A stretch of DNA of 64,000 bases from NCBI GenBank assembly GCA_020891255.1, contig BQFW01000010.1:1674001-1738000 (forward strand), written 5' to 3'. This document shows, one piece after another, positions 11,947-21,345 of this stretch (the first letter of the stretch is position 1; each line of letters begins with the position of its first letter). Made by a program: the position numbers and the translations under genes. This stretch comes from Entomortierella parvispora E1425. Lineage: Eukaryota > Fungi > Mortierellomycota. The notes under the pieces are model-generated. The model did not search any database. It worked only from the letters and a program-made list of their open reading frames with translations, and had not been told where the DNA came from.

Positions 11947-12625
11947 GCTGTTGCTGTTGCTGTTGCTGGGGCAAGATATCGTTGGCGCTGTTATTCAGCG
12001 AAGTCTGATTTTGCGGAAGGTATTGACGATGCTGGCTGGCCAAGGATTGGTGTGTTTGGTGGTTGAACACGGGCACGGTTCTTGGCAAAGTATCGTCCAT
12101 GGACCTCGAGATTCTGTTGGGCAAGACAGCGCTCACGGGCAAGCTATCAAGGCCGTACGAGTCCCATCGAGGGCCCATCGAGAGCACCGACTCGTCTTGG
12201 CCGAGGGCGAGTGACAAGGGAGCCTGCACTTGGCTTGGCTGCTGACTTTGCAAAATCGCACCAGGGTTGGTCCAGGCGGTCGGTTGGGAGGAAGGCACCG
12301 TGGGCGCAAAGTTGTTGGTGCTACTTGAGTTGTTGGTATAGTTGCTACTGCTGTTGTTGTTGAAGGGCTGCTGTTGCTGTGGGAACGTTTGTGCTCTGGG
12401 AATTGTGCCGGTGGTATTGTTGCTGTGGAGAGGAGAGGGGGTGCTGGCGAGCTGCTGCTGCTGTTGCTGCTGTTGATGGCGCTGGTGCTCTTGCTGGAGT
12501 TGATGGAGCCTCAACTGCTCTTGGTGATGCATCAACTGCTGCTGTTGGAGCTGCTGCTGCTGCAAGGTCGCAGCTGCGCCGGGGTACTGCTGGGCTGGAG
12601 AGGGGATAAAGGGGATGTTGCTCAT
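8102..12625 (-). CDS. Spt23/Mga2-like transcription factor: polyQ N-terminus, Cys/His DNA-binding-like domain, IPT/TIG domain, two ankyrin blocks (about 5 exons)
   Basis: ATG 12625 (MSNIPF); spliced exons ...PAWT-PWGDNV...ESR-DNIDIGAFK...; VVPCGRC...AWCASTSHH...FSFEIEL; IPT segment VIIIGENFVRGMTPMFG...IECTTP; ankyrin segments GTTILHNSVILG, LTALDYAIY, RTALHTLC, ETPLMKL, GTALSYAA. Confidence 0.75.
11826..11967 (-). repeat. CAA/CAG trinucleotide tract encoding polyQ and (HQQ)n in exon 1 of the Spt23/Mga2-like gene
   Basis: Plus strand reads (GTT/GCT)n and (GATGTTGTT)n; the minus-strand frame gives a long Q run followed by HQQ repeats. Confidence 0.9.
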
Positions 12626-13038
12626 AGCTTTTGCTGAAGAGTGAGGGACAGGAAAAAGAGGAACAAGGGACCCACCAGAGGGCGGAACGACAGGGGATGG
12701 GGGTACAAGAGAGGGAAGAGTGGAGAGTAGAGTCAAGGATGGAGACACGAGTGCGGAGAATGAGAATGAGAATGAGAAAGGATGGATGGAGAAGGAGGAG
12801 ATGGGTGGATGGACAAGCGGAGTAGAAAACGAGAAAGAGAGGAGCGAGTGAAGAAGGAGGAAGGATGTCGACAGGGTGCAGAGGCAGAAGAAAAGAGAGG
12901 AAAGAGAAGGGAGCCCTTTTCATGTTCTTTTTGTCGCATCTCGCTGGTCTTTGCTCAAGGTGCACCCGGTCCCCTGTCCTGTCTGTGTGTCTGTGTGTCT
13001 GTGTGTCTGTGTGTCTCTCTCTGTCTTCTATTCGTGCA

Positions 13039-13042
<4 letters not shown>

Positions 13043-13083
<41 letters not shown>

Positions 13084-13262
13084 CTCTCTTCCTGTCGACG
13101 ATGTCAGGACAAACAAACAAACAAACAAAAGCGTCGAAGGAAAACCAGATGCGGCAGACGGACAGACGGGTGAGAGCAGCCAGGCAACTGTCAACGTAAA
13201 CAGACGCACACCACTTCTTTTCTTTTCCTTTCCCCCAAACAGCCAGGGGTCGATTCGACAGA

Positions 13263-13298
<36 letters not shown>
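13043..13298. repeat. (CT)n tract (~13043-13090) and (GA)n tract (~13265-13297) in inverted orientation
   Basis: Directly visible; the inner flanks ctcttcctgtcga and tcgacagaggaagag are also near-complementary. Confidence 0.85.
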
Positions 13299-13301
<3 letters not shown>

Positions 13302-14329
13302 TCTTGGACCTGTCTGCCTTGTTCTGCTCCCTACGGATGTTCTCGATCAAAGAGAGGACGCCCCCTCTCTCGGACTTGAGCATGTCCATACCTGCCGGAT
13401 AGCCGGACCGTTGGCCTCTTCCGATCACGAGGAGCGTCGTGAGGATGGGGACCAGACCTTGCATCCCTGGTGGAGACCTTCCCGACGTTCCTCTCTGTGT
13501 GCCTCTCTCCCCTCCGTGTTTCCTGAAAATAGGGTGACGAGAGAACGACTTCACCTGTTTCCTATTCGAGCCGCTCTCCGACTACCTGTCTGCCACTGGA
13601 CAAGTGACAGACCAGACTACTGACTTTGTTCAAAGGTCATTCGCTGCTCCTAGAACAGCCACTCCCGATCTTGGCAGGTCTCGCGACACACACGAGGTCG
13701 AAAAATCACCTCAACTTTCGAACAGAAACAGTGGGGCGTTCGGCCGACCCAAGGAAACGGCAATGCTTGTTGACCAACTTCTAATCCCGATGCAGGCTGC
13801 CCTTGGTCAATCCCTGCCAACAGTTGGAATTAGATTCGACGAAGGTTGCAGAGCAGAGGGCGAATGTGATTAAAAATAAAAGAAAGGGGGACGGCAACTC
13901 AACTCCAAAGCAACCGGATCAAGAACAAGAACCACGCACAGAAAGGGAAAATCAAGGAGATGGCCAGATCTCTTCACAATCTATGCAGAGGGAATTGTCT
14001 CGGTGCAGAACATTCGGATATCTGCATGCAGGTAAAATAGCTGACCGCAAAAAAATAAAAAAAACGGACTCAAGCCCTCCTTTGAGGCATCGTCATCATC
14101 CGTCGACTGCTAAAAAGACAAACCAGGGGGCGTGCGTGCGGCACTGCCTTTTTTTTCCCTTTGTTTTTATTTTGGACCGATTGTTACAACCACCCACCTC
14201 ACGCGGCGCAAAGGCGATAACCTTGCCCTTGCTCATTGGGCCGTTTCCCTCCCTTTTTGAACCTCCTTTGGACCTTCTGCGTCGTCTGATGGCCTTGACG
14301 TTTATTTTCCGCTGGTCGTCTTTTCGGAA

Positions 14330-14469
14330 ATGAAAAACATGGTGAGCTGGGAGCGAAATTGTGAGGTAAAATTACTAACGAACAGGGGGTAGAACGTGGC
14401 TCGAGACCCCCTTCCCCACAATCTTCCTGGAGCTGGTTAATTTCGCTGCTTTCATTGCCTTGCGATTGA
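14330..14469 (+). other. Possible small spliced ORF or non-coding spliced transcript (intron 14342-14385)
   Basis: ATGAAAAACATG|GTGAGC...TACTAAC.GAACAG|GGG; the spliced product is 31 aa, MKNMGVERGSRPPSPQSSWSWLISLLSLPCD*. Confidence 0.3.
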
Positions 14470-14568
14470 GAGAGGCAAAGGGGCACTTTTGTTCACGCTC
14501 ATGCTTTATTGCTTAAAGGAGCCGTTCCGATGGATAGGTGCACATACATTGCAGTCCAAGATGATAGC

Positions 14569-16009
14569 CTAAGCATCATTCAAAAGCTCTTCCAGGGCAA
14601 CATCCTGTTTCCAATTGGCTCTGATCAGATATGTCCGCGCTCTGTCTGCAGCAAATCCCATCTCCACGAGATCCTGCACCTTTGAACGTTTGATCTGCTC
14701 TTCTTGCGACAATACTGGCTCAACAGGTCGAACTGGAGCAGTGGGCTGATGCTGGTAATTGTCCTGCCCATTGGCTCCACCGTGTCCAATGCTGGATGCA
14801 TGTGTTGAATCACCAGGCTTCGGCTTTGCATAACATTCAGTCCAGAATTTTGCCGTTTCCACAAACGCGTCATAGTTGTTCAGGTATTGAGAGGCCACTT
14901 GAGCATCCTAGAGAGTACAAGGACGCATTAGCTTCCCGCGTCCTCTTCGATTCTACGGACCATCTCTTGACCTGGAACAATGCAAAGCCTCTGTGAAAGA
15001 CATTCAGGTTCCAGATCGTGCAAAAAGTGTTTGACTCTGTTACCTGCGGATCAGTGGGTTCAGGCGTGCAGAGCATTGACTGCACTGACAGTAGAGTCGA
15101 AGACAAGGTCATCACAGGAGACCAGTGCTGCTTGAGAATATCCAAACAAATGGCACCCTAGGGTTGTTTTCCAATATATAGAACTGATCAGCAGTGAAGA
15201 CCGTTTTCATGATTTTCCGCCCAACAATAACAGACAGATGCCAAAACATCAACTATCGCTACTCACCGTCTGTGAACTGATATTGGGATGATAGATCTTG
15301 GTCTCGAACTTGACCTTGGGTGGCTGGAACGGGTATGCTGAACAAGTTTCAAAAGTTAATTCCAAAAATCACGGTTTCTGGGTGAGTCGCTGTGAAGGTA
15401 CGGGGCACAGGTCATACCATCCGGTAGTTCAACATCGACCTGATACATGCCTCCTTCGTATGGTGTGTCAGGTGGTCCTGGTATGAAAGATTGCATGTAC
15501 CGTTTGAGGGTGGCATCAGCAACAGTAAAAAGCAACTTCATCCGATATAAGTAATGGCGATAACATCATCCAATTGTACATACCAGGGAAGCGACCTATA
15601 CAATGAAAAGCAGTTAGATATTGGTGCCTCATGTGCATTTTATCTGCATCTACCCTCCAACAGTCGTACATTTGACTTTACCTTTCAAATGCACTGCAGT
15701 AACGCGTCAAGAAAGTGGAAGAGTCCATTAGTCAGTCGTCAACCTTACAGGCGTGTATTCTCCCTCCTATAATCCTATGATCGCCAGCATTCGCACTCTC
15801 AGATCACGTACTCATATTTCCTTCATCGACCAAGGTCAACTGGATCAAGGAGGCCTGATCGCGCTGACACTCTGTGATTTCCTGGGGAAACGTCAAAAGA
15901 GTCGAGAGCTCTGTCAGTTTTTTGTCTCCATGTGTTCCTGAAATCATGTTCCATTTTAGGGAGCCCATTTGACGTTTACTTTTTGAATTCGCCTCAGTCG
16001 CTGCGTCAT
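14569..16009 (-). CDS. UBC1: Ubiquitin-conjugating enzyme E2 with C-terminal UBA domain (UBC1/UBE2K), about 8 exons including two 12-nt micro-exons
   Basis: Spliced: [18 protein letters not shown]...[22 protein letters not shown]...[32 protein letters not shown] (catalytic Cys)...PEPTDPQ; UBA segment [11 protein letters not shown]...ALEELL. Confidence 0.95.
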
Positions 16010-16395
16010 GGTTATTTTGTCTTCCTGTTGGGAGAAGATGGTTTGGGGACGGGATGGCGCCAACAAATTGCGACTTTTCTAATTCATGCGGTCATGGTTG
16101 CATTACATGCGCCGCCTCACACTTGAGGGGCGCCATATTGCTGAGGATGCAATCACTGCCCTTAAGTGTTTTCAACATTGCCTTCTGCATGTGGAATTCA
16201 TGTCCATTGATTGTTCCCCCATACTACACTCCCTCAACACATCGACGAGACTGACACACATTAACACCGCGTGTAATCTCCCTCTCGCACTCTTAATCCT
16301 TTATTCTTCCGATTTTCAGACTCCACTCCCTTCAGTTTTCATTTAGAATCTTCGGTCGATTAAGGTAAATAATTGATTCTGGCATTTCCGCGTGT

Positions 16396-16730
16396 AGAAA
16401 CACTCTGCCACACGAGTGGCCCGCTTCCTATGCTCCAGCAGATATACTTCGGGCTCTGCCGAGACGGGAAGTGGCTACGGCAGCAGTGGTCGTCAGAAGG
16501 GCTCTGCATGGCATGTGCCCTCCGGGCGCCATGTGATACCTCTGTGCGATTCAATGCGTGTGAGATGGGCAGAAACACCCTGTCATTTACAGTAGCCCGC
16601 TTTCTATGCTCCAGCAGATATACTTCGGGCTCTGCCGAGACGGAAAGTGGTTACGACAGCGGTGGTCCTCAGAAGAGCTCTGCATGGCATGTGCCCTCTG
16701 GGCGCCATGTGATACCTCTGTGTGATTCTG
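16396..16730. repeat. Two-copy tandem direct repeat, period about 176 bp, roughly 90% identical in the core
   Basis: tatgctccagcagatatacttcgggctctgccgagacgg starts at both 16429 and 16605; similarity extends to gtgatacctctgtg(c/t)gattc. Confidence 0.95.
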
Positions 16731-16920
16731 TCAATGGTTTCTAAAAGGTTGGATATTCAGGACAATTTTTTTCGTGTTTGCTCATCATCTTTTTGCAAGT
16801 CCTCTTTTTAGGACCTTTGCCTCATAGCTGCGCACCTCCAATAATGGGCCCTGAAAAAGGGGGCGGGCAAGGATCATGTCTCATTTGGCAACTTTGTTCG
16901 GCATTTGAATCTGAGTGACA

Positions 16921-18200
16921 GAGATTCCGCGACCAAAGCCTACTCTGTGCTGCTTGATTCTCCTGTATTGGGCAGCGAACGACGGATGAAACTCCAGAGA
17001 GCATTCCTGGATTTCTTGGATCATTAGCCGCTCTCCTTCTTGTGTGCCCAAGAGAATCACTTTTTCTTTGATTCTCTGGAAGTCTGCTTTTTTTCTGCTT
17101 TCCAGCGAGAATCAAGTTACACAAAAACGAAAGAAGGGCCGATCAACTCAGAGGATCAAGAAAGTGATTCTCTTGGCCTCGAAGAAAGGAGGCGGGCTAT
17201 TTCATATACTATTATATGGATCAATGGTAAGCTCGTCTTCATTTTATCATATTGCTGATTTGACATGCGCATGTGTTAAATTTGACCAAAAATAGGGAAG
17301 AGCTGCTGAACTCTGAATCCTCGCCTTTCCCTGTGGCATCACAGTTGGGTGAAGAATGGTGGAAGGACAATGCATGGGGTGTATGCCGTCGTCTTGCCAC
17401 AGGTATCGAAGATGCCTTCATCATCATGGGAGAGAAAACTGGTCATGGCTCAACAGACAGGAGGAATCAAGATATCAGCACCATAGACAGAAAAAAAATC
17501 GGGGTCAGGACCGACTTTCTATGGAGCACAGTCTCTTCTCCTGACATTGATTGGTCAGTAGGGGAGTCAACAACATTGTGGGACCCAGTGTCTATGAAGT
17601 ACCGGAACGAAGGTGTCGTCAAGCTTCCTCGACAGCTTCATGACATTTTGGTTGCAAGAACAGGCGAGGTTGGTGGCATTAATTCCCTTCGCAAGGAGTA
17701 TGTCTGCGGACTACTGACTGAAGATGAGACTTCTGCTTCCTGGCTATGATATGTTCAAAAAAATGATGCGTACTAATCGAGTATTACAAAAAAATACGCT
17801 GGAAGGGCCTGTTGTACAGCGGGTGCAGATCTTCTGGGCTACCGAAGGAGCAAACGTCACACGATTCTTCAGGTCTCCCGAACGCCGTCTTTTCTCCACT
17901 GTGGAAGAGCTTGGTGCTAGCTTGATGGCAGTGCGTGACCTGTTCATCCTCCGAGTAATATGGATATATCCCAAAAGACTGCTGCTGCTGATTGGGTAAT
18001 CTTTCTAGGCTACAACCCAACGTTTCTGCTATAAATACCAGGAGAGTCGACGTGAGTTCTCGAAGGCATCATCCAAGGCGAGGCGTCAGGAGCTCTTCCT
18101 TCCTTCGGTGTTGCCCAGGGACAAGAAGAGGAAATTCCGCCTGTTGGGTTCCTCTCCTTGGGTAACAAAGACACATAGCCATTGGCATGCCAAAATATGA
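16921..18200 (+). pseudogene. Decayed gene of a Mucoromycota multicopy hypothetical family with a possible PD-(D/E)xK nuclease-like core
   Basis: Protein-like frames are broken by in-frame TAG 17025-17027 and a frameshift near 17165-17190. A putative splice donor reads ATGAGA (17724) instead of GTGAGA, ahead of an intact TACTAAT branch site and AG. Core: EEWWKDNAWG...IIMGEKTGHGSTDRRN...RKKIGVRTDFLW...VGES...D..MKYRNEGVVKLPRQLHDIL. Confidence 0.55.
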
Positions 18201-18552
18201 AAGCCCCCTGTGCGCAAAGTGCTTGAAATAAACATATTTGGAGGCTAAGCCACCGTTTGTGTGAAATATGTATATGTGCTGTGCATTGACAATTGTCTTC
18301 TCCTTGATGCGCATTCCGCCCGCAGAACTTGCATGTAAGCATCCATTCCTTCCCACCGCAGCACCTGTTAGCCAAGGTATTGTGCTCGCCATTCAGCCCG
18401 TGCTGGTGCTCACAAAAGATACAAGATACCTGGCGTCCATTAAGAATATCGGGAGCCAGATGTCAGAACTTGGCAGCTTACGCCACCATTTTTTCTAAAC
18501 TCCTTCTGTTGCTAACTATAGAGCGCTCAAGGCCGTCAGTCAAGAATACAGA

Positions 18553-19985
18553 ATGCCTCTGCTCAAGAAAAGGAGGATTTCAGTCGTAGTACTTGACGAT
18601 TCAGACGAGGAGCCAGATCGCGTTGAAGAGCAATTGGAATCTTTGTCACAAACATCAAGGACTCGGCTGGCAAAGCCAGATGCTTTGGACACCATTCCAA
18701 AAGGCGTGCATACCGCTACAACGGGAGAGACCAATGGACCATCTCAGCAAGGAGACAGAGACCCACTGGCCTCATTCTACTGCTGCTATCTTTTGGCTTC
18801 AACAGTGCCACGCTACAAGACGCACGCGTACGTTGGCAGCACACCAGATCCGGCAAAGCGGTTAAGACAACACAACGGCGATCTGACTCAAGGCGCTAAA
18901 AAGACTTCCAAGAAAAGGCCATGGTAACTGCAAAGAACAGGATATGTTATCATTTAACAGGCGGCTGAAATTAACATCTTTTATTTCTAGGGGAATGGCA
19001 TTGCTAGTCCATGGATTTCCGACAAAGTTGGCGGCGCTTCAATTTGAATGGGCATGGCAACATCCAGATCGTTCACGTCAATTCATTAAACCAACGAAGT
19101 CCCCTTCTGACCCGGACGCTGCTTCTGCCTCAATATCGACGACTCAGAATTCAAAAAGGATGCCCACTACTGTCAAGGACAAGCTCTCGATATTGTACGC
19201 TATGTTAAGACGCCCTTCTTGGAGGCGCTGGCCTTTGTCAGTACACATTATGGACAATTCACTAGTGGATGATTGGAATGACTTGGAGAAAAGTTACCAG
19301 GAAAAGCTCAGTGAAATGATACCTTCTGCAAACACGGATGCACTACGTCCTGTCATATGTCCAGTCACAATGAGCACCGGTTCCTTGGATGATCTGAAAT
19401 CGCTCTTTTCAGACCGAGGACATCGACAAGGTATACTTGCCGCCACATTGCTACCAATACTGTCTCTATGACATGGGTTTCCAGTAACACATACATTTGA
19501 CTGGCTTGGAAATAGATCAACTTGCCATATCAGAAGCAGAGAAATTTCATCATTTCAAGGAGGTGGAGTCGCCCTGCATGATCTGTTCCAAAACTATCGA
19601 ATTCCAAGTAAAGTCCTACTAGGATGGTACAACTTTACTCGTTGCTGCAGTATCAGAGCCGATGACTGACCCTTTTCACTATTTGATATGTCATTAGAAT
19701 GAGGCGGATTTTTTGACATGTCATAATCCATCCAGACGATGCGTTATGATCGCACATCTGGAGTGCATGGCCGCATGCATGCTTGCACAAGAAAACGCGA
19801 CCCAGGGTGTAAGTGTAATTGGTTTGATTGATGGCAATGCCAAAGTATCCAGGCTGCTACCAATCAAAGGACGATGTCGTGTGTGCGACGAAGAACTGGT
19901 TTGGGCCACCATGATACGGGCCATGTCTGCTAGAAGGATAAAGCTCTGTCAAGACAGCAACCTGCAAACGGTCAATACAAAATAA
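18553..19985 (+). CDS. SLX1: Structure-specific endonuclease SLX1 (GIY-YIG domain plus C-terminal Cys-rich PHD/RING-like domain), about 4 exons
   Basis: FYCCYLL...[32 protein letters not shown]; [20 protein letters not shown]; CMIC...TC...C...HLEC...GRCRVC...W. Confidence 0.95.
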
Positions 19986-20032
19986 AAAGCAACTGGATGC
20001 TCCTGATACAAGACCATGGCTTATCTACTTTA

Positions 20033-21239
20033 TTATTCGGATATGGACATTTCTGAAAAGTCGGCAACCCCAAGTGCTGAAGGACTATCCTCTGCAGCTT
20101 GCGTAATTCCTGGTGGAGGGAAGTGTTTCTGATGACTGCCTTGCGGAGTTGACTCTAGTTCTGTTCCCAACTCCATATCGTCCAATTTATCGATCACATA
20201 GTCGACACCCTCGACTCGCTCCATCACCAGCTCGTCGTCATCTTCCATTAGTGCACCGCCACTGCTACTGCTCTCCTCGTTATAAGCCATAGCGGCTGTA
20301 GCACCAGAGTAGTAGTATTGTTGCTGGAAATGACCCCAGTGGAGCTGTTGCAAGAATCGATCGACATCATTCCAGGTGTAAGGTTTTTTAGCCAAGACCA
20401 ACGTCTTGATTTTCGAAACGACAGTGTGCCAGGGCATGTTCCGGGTCTGGTTCAATTGCAATGTTTTCAAGAAGTCGATGTAGAGCTGTGTGTCCGAGTG
20501 CAGCAATTCAAACGCCATATCCAGAGTTGTATTGGAAAGGCCTAAAAACGCACGGTTGCAAAACATTACATACCAAAAGGTCAGCGGTCGTGGAACGGTT
20601 GATGGGGGGAGAAGAGGTCAAAATGAAAAGGCCAGCAAGATCAAATGCGAAAGGAAAACAATGTTTGTACCCATTGAATCGGATGCTTCCGCTTCCGCAA
20701 AGGCTCGCTGAACTCGAAGACAGATTGGTGCAGGTAATTGAGCCAGAAAGTCCTGTACACACCGCATCACCTCTGCATGGGAGGCAGACTGATTGTCCAG
20801 CTTGAGAGCATCCACATAGACTGAGAAGAGCGAATTTGATCTCAGGATCGCCTGGACTTTGATAAGCAAGGGCGTTGACATGACCACAGTAGTCATTGTG
20901 CTTAGAAAATCGGGATCCTAAGAAAAAAGCGTAGCCCCAAGCACAAGGAATTAGTGGAAGATAATCCTTTTTTTTTCGTGGTTTGCGTGAGAACATGATT
21001 CAAAACCTTACGACAGTGGCCAAGGCCATATAACGGTCGAAGACAGGGAGCAATCTCTTTGAGTTGCCGAAGAACGGAGCCAAGTTTAGGCGGAGCACGG
21101 GGATGGGCGCGTTCTCTGCGACCATGGCCTGCCAGCACTCTACAAAATTGTACCAGTCGTACTCGTAGAGCGAGAGGGACAGGCTCTTGAAGAAGCAAAA
21201 CTGGCTGTAGGGTGTGGGGCGAGCAAAGTGGTCAGACAT
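20033..21239 (-). CDS. Small hypothetical protein with up to three PAH-like (paired amphipathic helix) repeats and an acidic tail (3 exons)
   Basis: Spliced: MSDHFARPTPYSQFCFFKSLSLSLYEYDWYNFVECW...LAPFFGNSKRLLPVFDRY-...LLIKVQAILRSNSLFSVYVDAL...VMRCVQDFL-...FELLHSDTQLYIDFLKTLQ...VVSKIKTLV...WNDVDRFL. Junctions are frame-preserving GT-AG. The ORF-track frame with CGCSQ...CLPC is judged to be the wrong frame. Confidence 0.55.
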
Positions 21240-21295
21240 TGCTAGCGATGAAGAAATGAGAGCGGGGGGGAATGGATGTCGAAAAGGGAGAATGA

Positions 21296-21345
21296 TCCAG
21301 AATGAGAGAGAATGAGCGAGAATGAGCGAGAATGAGCGAGAATCA
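21296..21345. repeat. (GAGAATGAGC)n 10-bp tandem repeat upstream of the PAH-like gene
   Basis: agaatgagagagaatgagcgagaatgagcgagaatgagcgagaatc. Confidence 0.8.

Noticed and set aside
11641-13554. Many overlapping ORFs with poly-L, poly-V, SLSLSL or RERERE runs
   Set aside because: Translations of CAA/CAG, CT and GA microsatellites or of the antisense polyQ exon.
20508-20996. Cys-rich minus-strand ORF (CGCSQ...CLPC...VCTG) resembling a metal-binding domain
   Set aside because: Flanking GT-AG junctions preserve a different frame (DPDFLSTMTTVV...), which gives a coherent helical protein.
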